From positions 1,248,001-1,312,000 of the forward strand of contig OZ250150.1 in the NCBI GenBank assembly GCA_965237675.1: 64,000 nucleotides of DNA. Direction: 5' to 3'. Below, one piece after another: positions 18,783-29,117 of this stretch. This DNA comes from Candidatus Latescibacterota bacterium. Lineage in GTDB: Bacteria > Latescibacterota > UBA2968 > GCA-2709665. The number at the start of each line of letters is the position of its first letter. Within the stretch, counting starts at the first letter, position 1. A program made the position numbers and the translations under genes. The notes under the pieces were generated by a model that ran no database searches, had not been told where the DNA came from, and saw only the letters and a program-made list of their open reading frames with translations.

Positions 18783-19119
18783 AAAGGTTCAATCCGATTG
18801 GCGAATCTCTTCGACCTCTGCAGAAACAAACCTGTCCATTTGAACCGGCAATTCCTATGTCTCGTGGCGTTTCAAAGCGTTGCGCATGTCGCAAAATGCA
18901 ACATCCCGTACTATCGTACGGCCCAGCAGTGTTGTTGTCAACCCGAATCCTTGCGGAAGTTAAAAAACAAAACCCGATGGGAAAACCAACCCACCGGACT
19001 ATTCATATCGCCGATATCCTGGCGCGGCTTCGCCACGCTCAGCCGCAACCGAAACTGTAACGCTTATATGCGCCGCCGAATCATCCGCAAAATGCGTCCG
19101 TCACACCTGCGCCTACACT

Positions 19120-19384
19120 CTGAGGAAGCCGTCAGGCTGACGAAGCATCTCCTGCTCGCGTCGAATGATGCCCGAGTGCCTGTCGCTGAGCCAGGCCTGC
19201 CAGGCAGCACAACTGCTTTCTCTTCAGGCGCCGGCATCCACGGATGGGCGCCTACGCCCTGAGCCGCTCCCTGAGCTTGTCGAAGGGTCGGCGAAGGGTA
19301 GCCGAAACACGGGCGCTTCGACAAGCTCAACGCACGCAGCGTCCATGTTTCGGTCGGCGCGTTTCGACTACGCTCAGAATGACA
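19120..19384. repeat. Cluster of REP-like palindromic repeats (CTGAG/TTCGAC family)
   Basis: CTGAGGAAGCCGtCAGGCTGACGAAGCATCTC (19120-19151, copy at 22108-22139); TGAGCTTGTCGAAG...CTTCGACAAGCTCA IR; TTCGACTACGCTCAGAATGACA (copy at 21992). Confidence 0.7.
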
Positions 19385-19603
19385 GGTCGGCCGATCAGGC
19401 CAGTAAGATCCCTTCAACGATCCCCGGCGCCGCAGGCACGCCGTAAACGCCAGTCCCTACCCTTGACCCTTTATCATTGACACGAATCCCTGAACAAGCC
19501 GTATGAATAATCATGTACCCAATTTGCGTAAAAGTCACACTGTAAGACTCGAAACTATAACTGACGTTTCACAGTATTCAGACAGGCCACACCAAGAGCA
19601 ACC

Positions 19604-19663
19604 CCCCGACTGCTCGGTCGCCGGAGAGAGTCCCCGAGCGCCTGTTGTCGGGGAATCTTTTTT
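19604..19663 (+). terminator. Hairpin plus U-tract upstream of sat
   Basis: CCCCGAC...GCTCGG...CCGAGC...GTCGGGG-AATCTTTTTT. Confidence 0.45.
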
Positions 19664-19787
19664 GTCCCGGGCGGAACTTTGAGGTATATTTAACGCTTTC
19701 TGTTTCGACGTGCCGACTGCAACGCAAAATTGTGGATTTCGGGGCGGCGCCCCTGGAACTTCGGAAGATTGGAGGGATGTTTCGACT

Positions 19788-21047
19788 ATGTCCGACTTGA
19801 TACCGCCTCATGGCGGATTGTCTGCGCCGGTTTGTTGCATGGTTCCGGCCGACGAGAGGGACACTTTCCGCGAGAACGCATCAAAGCTGACGCCGGTTCC
19901 CGTCAGCGACGCCGATCTGTCCACCGTGTACCGTTTTGGCGACGGCGGGCTGAGTCCGCTCACGGGGCCCATGGACGCGTCCACCTACCACAGGGTGCTT
20001 GACGAGAGCGTCATCGCTTCCAACGGAGAAATCTACGCGTGGACCATTCCTTTGGCTTTACCGATAGAGAGCGGCCTGGCCGGGCAACTCGAGGTCGGAC
20101 AGACGGTTGCCCTTGTGCGTCAAGACAGGGAACTCGTGGCCACGCTGGAAATCAGCGACGTCTTCCCCTGGGACAAGCAGGCGTATCTCAAAAGCGTCTA
20201 CCTCACCGAGCGGACCGACCATCCGGGTGCGGATATGGTCCTGAGCGGAGATGCGGACAAGAACCACCTTCTGGGAGGGAAAATCAGGGTTTTGCCGCAG
20301 CCGAAGCACCCTGCGTTCGGTCGTTATATGTATACACCCGCAGCGGTCCGCAGTCTCCTGTCCAAAACGGGCTGGCAGCGGGTGGTTGCGTTTCAGACCC
20401 GAAACCCGCTGCACCGTGCGCACGAATATGCCCTGGTCTACGGACTGGAAACGCTGATTCGGCAGGGGACCAACGCGGGGGCCTGTCTGAACCCTCTGGT
20501 CGGAGAAACCAAGTCGGACGACGTCAACGCGGAGATCCGGATGCGGACCTACGAAGCGCTGATCGAGTCTCGCGGGTTGGGGGAGGGGGATAGCGATGCC
20601 GATTTGTGGAAACCCAGGGGCGAGGCCGTGCCGGACCGGGTGATGCTCATCGGCCTGGATATCAAGATGTTCTACGCCGGTCCCAAAGAGGCGGTTATGC
20701 ACGCCCTATACCGCCAGAATTACGGCTTTACCGATATTATCATCGGCCGCAAACACGCCGATGCGCCCTATCACGACGGCAGTCCGATCTGGGGAGATTT
20801 CGACGCGCAGGAGGTGTTCCGCCATCTGAACGGAAACCTGGAGATCCAGCCGCTGAACGTGGGATTCGCGGCGTTCTACGAGTCGCTGGGGCGGGTGGAT
20901 TTAATGGAGAACCATCCCAGTGAACAACCGGTGTTCATTTCGGGAAAGCAGGTGCGGGATATGCTGATGAGCGGGGAGGCGGTGGATCCGCGGATTATGC
21001 GGCCCGGCACATCCCGGATTCTGAGCGAGGCCATGGCGAGAACGTGA
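19788..21047 (+). CDS. sat: Sulfate adenylyltransferase (ATP sulfurylase)
   Basis: [57 protein letters not shown]. Confidence 0.93.
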   Translation: MSDLIPPHGGLSAPVCCMVPADERDTFRENASKLTPVPVSDADLSTVYRFGDGGLSPLTGPMDASTYHRVLDESVIASNGEIYAWTIPLALPIESGLAGQLEVGQTVALVRQDRELVATLEISDVFPWDKQAYLKSVYLTERTDHPGADMVLSGDADKNHLLGGKIRVLPQPKHPAFGRYMYTPAAVRSLLSKTGWQRVVAFQTRNPLHRAHEYALVYGLETLIRQGTNAGACLNPLVGETKSDDVNAEIRMRTYEALIESRGLGEGDSDADLWKPRGEAVPDRVMLIGLDIKMFYAGPKEAVMHALYRQNYGFTDIIIGRKHADAPYHDGSPIWGDFDAQEVFRHLNGNLEIQPLNVGFAAFYESLGRVDLMENHPSEQPVFISGKQVRDMLMSGEAVDPRIMRPGTSRILSEAMART

Positions 21048-21233
21048 GATCCTCCGAATGGGCATGGAACGATGTGCGGGATGCGTCCGTAACCTGTCGC
21101 CCATTTCGTGCCGGCGCCGAATTTGAGGGAATGGCCTTGACAATGATGGGCGTATAGGATAAATTGGGCGGGCTTTGGAAGCTGGCAAACCAGTCGTATA
21201 TTCACGCGTCATCTGTGGGAAGAAGGGGAAGCG

Positions 21234-21857
21234 ATGCACGAGTTCCTGTTGAACGAAGATCCGGAGGAAGAAGAAGAGGAGGAGGAGGCGCAGCCGGGCG
21301 GCCACGGCGGCGAGTTCATCGTCAGAAGCCTGATCAAGGCGCGCACCATTCTGATCTCCGATCCCATCGACCATAAACTGACAACGCGGGTGATTGCCCA
21401 GTTGTTGCTGATGGACAGCGACGATCTTGAAAAACCCATCACGATTTTGATCAACTCGCCGGGGGGCAACGCGGACGACGGGTTCGCAATTTACGACATG
21501 ATTCGCTTCATTCGTCCGCCGGTGAAAATTATCAGTGTGGGATTGTCCGCCAGCGCGGCCACGGTGATTATGCTGGCCGCGGAAAAAGAGTACCGATTCG
21601 CGCTGCCGAACGCACGAATAATGATCCATCAGCCTTCAATGCGGTATATAGGTGTTGCGGAAGACGTAAAACGCACGGCGGAACAGATTCTCAAACTTCG
21701 CGAGCGGATCAACGTACTGTATGCCCAGGAGACCGGGCAGCCACTGGACAAAGTGGTTGAAGATACGGATCGAGACTACTGGATGTCCGCACCGGAAGCG
21801 GTGGAATACGGTCTGATCAGCAGGGTGATTGGGCGTTTCAACGAACTTGACGGTTAG
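21234..21857 (+). CDS. clpP: ATP-dependent Clp protease proteolytic subunit
   Basis: INSPGG, GLSASAA (Ser), IMIHQP (His), DRDYWMS (Asp). Confidence 0.95.
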   Translation: MHEFLLNEDPEEEEEEEEAQPGGHGGEFIVRSLIKARTILISDPIDHKLTTRVIAQLLLMDSDDLEKPITILINSPGGNADDGFAIYDMIRFIRPPVKIISVGLSASAATVIMLAAEKEYRFALPNARIMIHQPSMRYIGVAEDVKRTAEQILKLRERINVLYAQETGQPLDKVVEDTDRDYWMSAPEAVEYGLISRVIGRFNELDG

Positions 21858-21880
21858 TGGCGCAATGGTTTCGCGATTCA

Positions 21881-22139
21881 GCAGGGGCACAGAACGTCGT
21901 GCCCCTGCTTTGTTTGAATGGGGAGCGGTGCGATCAGGGGCGGGATGAGGATGCGCTTGAAAGCGGAAGTCCCTATTTCTGCGCGAGACGCTTCGACTCC
22001 GCTCAGAGTGACAGGCATGATTGGCGCCAGACGCGACCGGCGGCAATCGCATTGCGGGTTGGCCGAGGGACAGTCCATTAATTCTTGTGTATAAGCATCC
22101 TGTCATGCTGAGGAAGCCGACAGGCTGACGAAGCATCTC
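21881..22139. repeat. REP cluster between clpP and hemE
   Basis: GCAGGGGCAC...GTGCCCCTGC (21881-21908), CTTCGACTCCGCTCAGAGTGACA, and the 32-bp copy of 19120-19151. Confidence 0.7.
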
Positions 22140-22319
22140 TTGCCCGGTCAATCGCAGTGACCGGTTGACCGTCGATGGGATGTGATGGCATCACCTGTCT
22201 AAAGGACGGGAGACGGGAGAGGACTACCCCGCCAACCCCCCGGGCCAGTCACCATTCAGCTATGAGCGGGCAGCGGCACAGCACCATGTGCCCCTGCCCT
22301 GTTTGAATTGAAGGCACAA

Positions 22320-23351
22320 ATGTCCCGAGCCGACCGTTTCCTGAATGCATGCCGCCGCGAGGCGGTGGACGTCACGCCGGTCTGGCTGATGCGCCAGGCG
22401 GGCCGGTACATGCCCGAATACCGGAAGCTGAAGGAAAAATACGCCTTTCTGGAGATGGTGAAGACGCCGGATATCGCCACCGAGGTCACGTTGCAGCCCG
22501 TTGACGCGTTCAATGTGGACGCGGCCATTATTTTTCAGGATATCCTGCCGATCCTGGAGCCGATGGGCCTGGAACTGGAATACGTGGGGGGCGAAGGTCC
22601 CGTGATTCACAACCCGGTTCGGACGCCCGCGGACGTGGAAGCCCTGGCCATTCGTCCCGCTGCGGAAGCCATGGACTTCGCCGCTACAGCCATCCGCCAG
22701 GTCCGGCGTGCGCTGGACGGCAGGGTTCCGCTGATCGGGTTTTCCGGGGCGCCGTTTACGCTGGTCTGTTATGCGGTGGAAGGCGGCGCTTCACGGGACT
22801 ACCGGCTTGCCAAGGGCCTCATGTACGAACAGCCGGAGACCTGGCGGCGCCTGATGGAAAAAATGTCCGTGGCCGTAGGGGACTATCTTCAGGTTCAGGC
22901 GGCGGCCGGGGTCCAGGCGCTGCAACTGTTCGACAGCTGGGCGGGCGCGTTGAGCCCTGCGGATTATGAAACGCACGTGCTGCCCCATACCCGGCGTGTG
23001 ATTGAGATGGTCACGGCAACGTGCGACGTGCCGGTGATCCATTTCGGTACGGGCACGTCCGGCATTCTGCCGCTGTTGAAGCGGGCGGGCGGTGACGTGA
23101 TCGGGGTGGACTGGCGGATTGAACTGGACGAGGCATGGAATCGGTTGGGGCCGGAGGTTGCGGTGCAGGGGAATCTGGATCCGACGGTGCTGTTTGCACC
23201 GGTGCCGGTGATCGAAAGGCAGGCCGCCCGGATCCTGGATCGTGTGCGGGGACGGCGGGGACATATCTTCAATCTCGGCCACGGCATCCTGCAACACACC
23301 CCGGTAGCGCACGTGGCCGCGCTGGTCGATTTCGTACACGCCTGCGGATAG
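22320..23351 (+). CDS. hemE: Uroporphyrinogen decarboxylase
   Basis: PVWLMRQAGRYMPEY, IGFSGAPFT, QGNLDP, HIFNLGHG. Confidence 0.97.
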   Translation: MSRADRFLNACRREAVDVTPVWLMRQAGRYMPEYRKLKEKYAFLEMVKTPDIATEVTLQPVDAFNVDAAIIFQDILPILEPMGLELEYVGGEGPVIHNPVRTPADVEALAIRPAAEAMDFAATAIRQVRRALDGRVPLIGFSGAPFTLVCYAVEGGASRDYRLAKGLMYEQPETWRRLMEKMSVAVGDYLQVQAAAGVQALQLFDSWAGALSPADYETHVLPHTRRVIEMVTATCDVPVIHFGTGTSGILPLLKRAGGDVIGVDWRIELDEAWNRLGPEVAVQGNLDPTVLFAPVPVIERQAARILDRVRGRRGHIFNLGHGILQHTPVAHVAALVDFVHACG

Positions 23352-23357
23352 GGGACA

Positions 23358-24275
23358 ATGAAGAAAAAAGCGGTGTTAATGCTTGCATACGGCAGTCCGG
23401 ATTCTCTGGATGACATGGAGGCGTACCTGAACGACATTCGCGGGGGGCGGCCGATGTCCCGCGAATTTGTGGCGGAATTCAAGAGCCGTTACGCGCAGAT
23501 CGGAGGCCGGTCTCCGCTTAACACAAACACATTTGAACAGGCGGACCGGACGGAGCGGGTGTTGCGGGCTCGCGGGCATGACGTGTGCGTTTACGTGGGA
23601 ATGCGGCACTGGTCTCCGTGGATTGGAGACACGGTCGACCGGATGCACGCCGATGGCGTGGAGGCGGCGGCGGCCATTGTCATGGCGCCGCACTACTCGA
23701 GTCTGAGCATCGAAAGGTACCGGGATGCCATGGATCGCGCCAGGGATGCGGGGGGAAGCGGGATTCGGTTTTCGTTCGTGGATTCGTGGTGGCGGCAACC
23801 CCGGCTGCTGGATGTGCAGGAAGCCCACGTTCGTGCCGCGCTGGCAGCGTTCTCGCGTGCAGACCGAGACAACGCGAAAGTCGTCTTTACGGCGCATAGC
23901 CTGCCGGAACGCCTGTTGAAGATGGGCGATCCGTACGATGAAGAGTTGAAGGGCAACGCGAGAGCCGTGGCGAAACGCCTTGGAGACGTGGACTGGATGT
24001 TTTCCTACCAGAGTGCCGCTCACACGGGAGAGCCATGGCTGGGTCCTCAGATCGAAGACGTGATCCCGGATCTGGCCGACGAAGGGTACCGGCATGTGCT
24101 TGTGGCGCCTATCGGATTCGTCTGCGACCACGTGGAGATCCTGTACGATATCGATATCGGGGTCCAGGCCATCGCGAGGTCGCGGGGCGTGAACGTGAAG
24201 CGCATCGCGTCCATGAACAGCGACCCCGCGTTTATCGAAGCGGTGGCCGACGCGGTGGAAGAGAAGCTGAACTAG
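23358..24275 (+). CDS. hemH: Ferrochelatase
   Basis: LMLAYGSP, GMRHWSP, FTAHSLP, YQS..TGEPWLGP, GFVCDHVEILYDID. Confidence 0.96.
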   Translation: MKKKAVLMLAYGSPDSLDDMEAYLNDIRGGRPMSREFVAEFKSRYAQIGGRSPLNTNTFEQADRTERVLRARGHDVCVYVGMRHWSPWIGDTVDRMHADGVEAAAAIVMAPHYSSLSIERYRDAMDRARDAGGSGIRFSFVDSWWRQPRLLDVQEAHVRAALAAFSRADRDNAKVVFTAHSLPERLLKMGDPYDEELKGNARAVAKRLGDVDWMFSYQSAAHTGEPWLGPQIEDVIPDLADEGYRHVLVAPIGFVCDHVEILYDIDIGVQAIARSRGVNVKRIASMNSDPAFIEAVADAVEEKLN

Positions 24276-24343
24276 GTTCTGCCCCGGTATCCGGACGCTT
24301 CCAATCCGCGCACCGACTCCCGGCGCTATGTTGAGGTTCTGAT

Positions 24344-25738
24344 ATGCATGTGACCATCGTTGGCGGGGGAATTGCGGGGTTGGCAACCGCTTTTTATCTG
24401 CAGGAAAAGGCCGAAGCGCACGGGATGGAGGTGGATTACACGCTTGTTGAGGCGGGGGAGCGATGGGGCGGAGAAATTGTGACCGAGCGGATCAACGGGT
24501 TCACCATCGAAGGCGGGCCCGATTTGCTTTTAACGCGAAAACCGTGGGGCATCGGGCTCTGCCTGGACCTGGGGCTTGAGAATCGACTGATTGCGCCCAA
24601 CGAGGAACGGCGGAAGACCTTTCTGGTGCAGGAGGGTGACCTGGTGCCGTTCCCGGAAGATTTCACACTGATTCCCTCACGGTTTGTGCCCGTCGCCCGC
24701 TCCCCGCTGCTTTCGATTCGGGGTAAGCTGCGAATGGGGTTGGACTGGTTTGTCCGACCCCGGGCGACGACGGACGATGAGAGCCTGGCATCGTTTGTCC
24801 GGCGCCGTTTGGGGCAGGAAGCACTCGACAAGATCGGTGGGCCGATGCTGGCGGGCATTCATGGGGCGGACCCGGAGCGGCTGAGCCTGCTGGCCACTTT
24901 TCCGCAGTTTGCGGAAATGGAGCGCAAATACGGGAGCCTGATCAGAGCGGTGCGGGCCGGCCTCAAAAACCGGCCGTCTTCCGGCGATACCAAACCGGCG
25001 CCGCCGATGTTCCAGACCCTGATCGGCGGGCTCGGAGAACTGGTTGAGGCGATCGTGAACCGCCTGCGGGGCGGCCTGCGCACGATGTGTCCGGTAACGG
25101 GACTGGCGCCGGTCCAGCGCGGATTTGAGGTATCGCTGGGCGGGGAGGAGTTGAAGACCGATGTCGTGGTACTGGCCACACCCGCATTTGTAACGGCCGA
25201 TCTGCTGGCGGGTATCGCGCCCCGGTTGTCGGCGCAACTCCGGCGGATCCGTTACGTTTCCTCCGGGACGGTGGCGCTGGCCTACCGGAAGGCGGATGTT
25301 CTGGCGCAGCATGACATCGATGGCTTCGGATTCCTGGTTCCCAAATCGGAGGGCCGCCGGATGACGGGGTGCACCTGGGTGTCGTCCAAGCTTGGCCATC
25401 GGGCGCCGGATGACGGCGTGTTAATCAGGGGATTCGTCGGCGGCGATGCGCAGGAAGAGGTGGTCGAGATGCCCGACGAGGCGCTTGTGCGTGCGGTGCG
25501 TGAAGACCTCGCACACGTGATGGGGCTGACCGCCGAGCCGCTGTTCACCCGGATTCACCGCTGGCGGAAAGGCAGGCCCCAATTCGACGTGGGACACCTG
25601 GATCGCTTAGCGAAGATGGAAACGCTTGCCGATGAGCTTCCGGGGTTGTACCTGACCGGCAGTGCCTATCGGGGTTCCTCTGTACCCGATTGCGTCAGGC
25701 AGGCAATGGAAACCGCGGATCGGATTCTGGGACTGTAA
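24344..25738 (+). CDS. hemY: HemY-type (proto/copro)porphyrinogen oxidase
   Basis: [13 protein letters not shown] motif, [22 protein letters not shown]. Confidence 0.93.
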   Translation: MHVTIVGGGIAGLATAFYLQEKAEAHGMEVDYTLVEAGERWGGEIVTERINGFTIEGGPDLLLTRKPWGIGLCLDLGLENRLIAPNEERRKTFLVQEGDLVPFPEDFTLIPSRFVPVARSPLLSIRGKLRMGLDWFVRPRATTDDESLASFVRRRLGQEALDKIGGPMLAGIHGADPERLSLLATFPQFAEMERKYGSLIRAVRAGLKNRPSSGDTKPAPPMFQTLIGGLGELVEAIVNRLRGGLRTMCPVTGLAPVQRGFEVSLGGEELKTDVVVLATPAFVTADLLAGIAPRLSAQLRRIRYVSSGTVALAYRKADVLAQHDIDGFGFLVPKSEGRRMTGCTWVSSKLGHRAPDDGVLIRGFVGGDAQEEVVEMPDEALVRAVREDLAHVMGLTAEPLFTRIHRWRKGRPQFDVGHLDRLAKMETLADELPGLYLTGSAYRGSSVPDCVRQAMETADRILGL

Positions 25739-25892
25739 ACATCCCGCACGCACGCGGTCCACTCCATGGCAAAGGAAAAAGGGGCGAAAGTATCTCGCCC
25801 CTTTTTCTCGTGTTCGGATTTTCAGCGTTCGTTTATGGTCCCGCGCGACGACCCGCCCGGGATTGAAGGAAATTCCCCGGTGGGTTGGCGTT

Positions 25893-27179
25893 CTAGGCTA
25901 CGGGCTCCAGAATCTCCTGGCCGCCCATATACGGGCGAAGTGCTTCCGGAATGATCGCCGTGCCGTCAGGTCGCTGGCTCTGCTCGACAATGGCGGGAAT
26001 CAGACGGCTGGTCGCCAGGCCCGAGGCGTTGAGCGTATGCACAAATTCGTTCCGGGCGGTTTCGGCGCGTTTGAACCGGATGTGGCCGCGCCGGGCCTGG
26101 TAGTCGTGCGCGTTGGATGCCGAACTGACTTCCTTGTATTCCCCCATGCTCGGAATCCAGATCTCGATGTCGTAGGTTTTGGCCATGGATGCGCTGGAAT
26201 CCTGGGCCGCCAGTTTGGAAACACGGTGGTGCAACGCCAGGCCCTGGACGAGGCGTTCGGCCTTTGCGATCAGTTCTTCCAGGGCCCGTTCCGAGTCTTC
26301 GGGACGCGTGAACTGAAAGATCTCGACCTTGTTGAACTGGTGCCCCCGGATCATGCCGCGTTCCTGGGCCCGATAACTGCCGGCCTCTCTGCGGTAGCAG
26401 GGCGTATAGGAAAAGTATTTCCGGGGCAGTTCCGCTTCGTGAAGGATTTCGTCCCGATGGAAGTTGATCAATGCGGTCTCCGACGTCGGCAACAGGAACC
26501 GGGGCTCCTTTTCGCTTTCCCACTTCAGATGAAACACGTCGTCAGCGAATTTGGGAAACTGCCCCGCCGTGTAACCGCATTCATAGGTGAGCAGATGGGG
26601 CGGAAGCACGAATTCGTAGCCGTCGGCGAGGTGCGCGTCGACGAAGTAATTCAGGAGCGCCCACTCGAGCCGGGCGCCGGCGCCCCGGTAGAGCCAGAAT
26701 CCGGCGCCGCCCATTTTGACACCGCGCTCGTAGTCGATCAGCCCCAATGAAGTAACCAGGTCAACGTGGTCCTTGGCCCCCTCGCACAGTTCCGGCCTTT
26801 CGCCCCACGCACGCACGACCTCGTTGTTTTCCTTCCCTCCCGGGGGTACGTCGTCCGCCGGTATATTGGGCAGTTCCTCGAGAAAGCTCCGGATAAGGCG
26901 TTCAACGTTCGATAGTTCCGATTCGAGGGTTCTGATCGTCCCGGAAACCGTCCTCATTTCACTTTGGACATCGGCAGTATCCCGGCCCGCCTTCTTCATC
27001 TGGGGAAATTGCGCGGAAACCTTGTTTCGCCGTTCCCGCAGGCCCCCGATTCTGGCGATGAGAGCTCTCCGGTTCTGATCCCATTGGAGCAGATCCGCAA
27101 AATCCACCGTCTCCATGCGTTTCAGCAGCGCCTTCCGGACGCCCTGGGGATCTCTCCGAATCAGGTTCAGATCCAGCAT
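25893..27179 (-). CDS. serS: Serine--tRNA ligase
   Basis: MLDLNLIR, LPTSE, CYRREAGS, RGHQFNKVE, EVSSASN, HTLNASGLA. Confidence 0.97.
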   Translation of the reverse strand: MLDLNLIRRDPQGVRKALLKRMETVDFADLLQWDQNRRALIARIGGLRERRNKVSAQFPQMKKAGRDTADVQSEMRTVSGTIRTLESELSNVERLIRSFLEELPNIPADDVPPGGKENNEVVRAWGERPELCEGAKDHVDLVTSLGLIDYERGVKMGGAGFWLYRGAGARLEWALLNYFVDAHLADGYEFVLPPHLLTYECGYTAGQFPKFADDVFHLKWESEKEPRFLLPTSETALINFHRDEILHEAELPRKYFSYTPCYRREAGSYRAQERGMIRGHQFNKVEIFQFTRPEDSERALEELIAKAERLVQGLALHHRVSKLAAQDSSASMAKTYDIEIWIPSMGEYKEVSSASNAHDYQARRGHIRFKRAETARNEFVHTLNASGLATSRLIPAIVEQSQRPDGTAIIPEALRPYMGGQEILEPVA

Positions 27180-27507
27180 ATCGATACCGCCTCCCGCCTC
27201 CAATACAGCAACCGGGTGAGTCCGGTGAGATCCTTCCGGCTGAACGGACAGTCAGGGGTCGATCAGTCCGTTCAGGTGTACGGGTGGATTTCACCACATT
27301 TTTCACACTGTGTGGCGCAATTGAACACTGTTGTCCCGCGTTCGACGGCTTCTTACTTTCGGCCCGTGCCCTGAAAATGCCCATAAACGCTTAAAAAATG
27401 GAAAACAACTTGTCCATTCCGACACTATGGCACGATATTCGCTGTATATCATGGGTGTTCATCATGACCGTTGTCGTTCTGTCACCCCTTTACGTACGAG
27501 GCCCGAA

Positions 27508-27678
27508 ATGGTTCTCAAAACAGCACTGAATCCACGCGACCGCCTGGCTTTTCTGGCACTATATTACGCGCTCCGGGGCAACGAGAAGCGATCGGAACAG
27601 CTACGTCGTGCGGTACGCCGGCACGATCAGGCCGTGATGGGCCGCCCGCAAGTCCACGGGATGCCGGCGGCCTTTTGA
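27508..27678 (+). CDS. Small hypothetical protein (56 aa)
   Basis: GAGG RBS before ATG, amphipathic helical-looking sequence in an otherwise empty gap. Confidence 0.35.
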   Translation: MVLKTALNPRDRLAFLALYYALRGNEKRSEQLRRAVRRHDQAVMGRPQVHGMPAAF

Positions 27679-27920
27679 GCTATGGGTCAGGAGCCGCAAA
27701 CCTGTTTGCAGTTAAGCGGACCCGCTCTTCCATTCGTTCCAGATGGCGCGGGAGCGGCGAGACCTCTCCGGTTCGCGCTTCCTGAACCGGGAAATCGCCC
27801 CTTCCGTATCCCTACATCCTCAAAACCGGTGGCATACCGTACGTGACAGGCCATATTTCATGGTCTGTCTTTTTATAGCCACGAATCCCGGCCCCGTCTC
27901 TCCTGGCACCAATGCTGCCG

Positions 27921-28901
27921 CTATGTCAGGAATCTTCGGATGTTGAATTTTTCGTGGGGAAGTGTCTGCCGCGTGATCATATCCGCCAGTAGCCCGGTGC
28001 ACATGAACTGAACGCCCAGCACGGACAGCAGGATTCCCAAAAAAAGAAGCGGATGGCGGTTCTGAATGGTTCCCGTGCGTAACCACAGCAATGCGATAAA
28101 GCCATTCACGGCAACGCCCAATGCGCTCAGGAGTATTCCGATGGTGCCGAACAGGTGCAACGGACGGCCGATGTACCGTCCCAGGTACATCACAGTAAGC
28201 AGATCGAGGAATCCCTTGAGCAGACGCGTCCATCCGTACTTGGTTTCGCCGAAGCGGCGGGGACGGTGCTGGACAACGATTTCGTCGATGCGGTAGCCTT
28301 CCAGGTGGGCGAGAACGGGAATGTACCGATGGAGTTCGCCGTATATCTTGATGTCTCCCACCACTTCACGGCGGAAGGCTTTAAGGCCGCAGTTGAAGTC
28401 ATGGATCGGAATGCCCGAAAGCCGGCCGGTGACCCAGTTGAAGAACTTGGACGGGATGGTTTTGCTCAGGGGATCGAAGCGCTTCTTCTTCCATCCGGAC
28501 ACCAGGTCAGGTCCACTGTCGATTTTTTCGATCAGGCGAGGGATTTCCGCCGGATCGTCCTGAAGGTCGGCATCCATGGTGACAATCATCCGGCCCGCCG
28601 CGATGTCGAATCCCGCGGCGTACGCCGCGGCTTTGCCAAAGTTGCGGCGGAACTGAACGACCTTGACTTCGTCGTGGGCGTCGTAAAGTTGCTCCAGAAC
28701 CTGCATGGAGCCATCTGTGCTTCCATCGTCTATGAAAATGGCTTCAAAACTGCTCCCCGATGCCGCCATGGTCTCCCGGACCTGTTCCATCAGGGGACGA
28801 AGGCTGTCCGCTTCGTTCAGGAGCGGGATGACGATGGAGATATCAACCGTTCCCCCGGTTGGGGTATCGGGTTCGGCCAGGGGGTCGGTATGCGTATCCA
28901 T
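27921..28901 (-). CDS. GT2 polyprenol-phosphate glycosyltransferase (ArnC/DPM-like)
   Basis: ISIVIPLLNE, IDDGSTD, RNFGKAAA, TMDADLQDDP, HDFNCGLK, two C-terminal TMs. Confidence 0.92.
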   Translation of the reverse strand: MDTHTDPLAEPDTPTGGTVDISIVIPLLNEADSLRPLMEQVRETMAASGSSFEAIFIDDGSTDGSMQVLEQLYDAHDEVKVVQFRRNFGKAAAYAAGFDIAAGRMIVTMDADLQDDPAEIPRLIEKIDSGPDLVSGWKKKRFDPLSKTIPSKFFNWVTGRLSGIPIHDFNCGLKAFRREVVGDIKIYGELHRYIPVLAHLEGYRIDEIVVQHRPRRFGETKYGWTRLLKGFLDLLTVMYLGRYIGRPLHLFGTIGILLSALGVAVNGFIALLWLRTGTIQNRHPLLFLGILLSVLGVQFMCTGLLADMITRQTLPHEKFNIRRFLT

Positions 28902-29117
28902 AGTTTCAAGCCCGCGATCATCGGTCAGCAATTGGCCCCTCCCATCGCCCCGCGGGCGAGAACCGGGAGGGTTGTGGCGCGATGGATTGCCTCTCCCTTC
29001 TCACCTTTCACGTCTCGTCACTTCCCAAGATAGCAAAGAAGGACCCGCTTTTCAAGTCCTGTATCGCCGCGCCGCGGGTTTCGGGGTGCCGGGAGGTTCC
29101 CCTGAAATTCCGGAACG

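Noticed and set aside
18771-19480. Several short ORFs in the HNH-sat gap
   Set aside because: They translate palindromic repeats (e.g. CHSERSR, LSLSK, LRQAQ) and are not credible proteins
19560-19700. SAM-I riboswitch upstream of sat
   Set aside because: Only CAAGAG resembles the core; the conserved GGAGGGA, GCAACC and GGTGC elements are missing
21246-21290. Poly-Glu tract at the ClpP N-terminus
   Set aside because: Low-complexity leader of a variable propeptide region; the catalytic triad is normal
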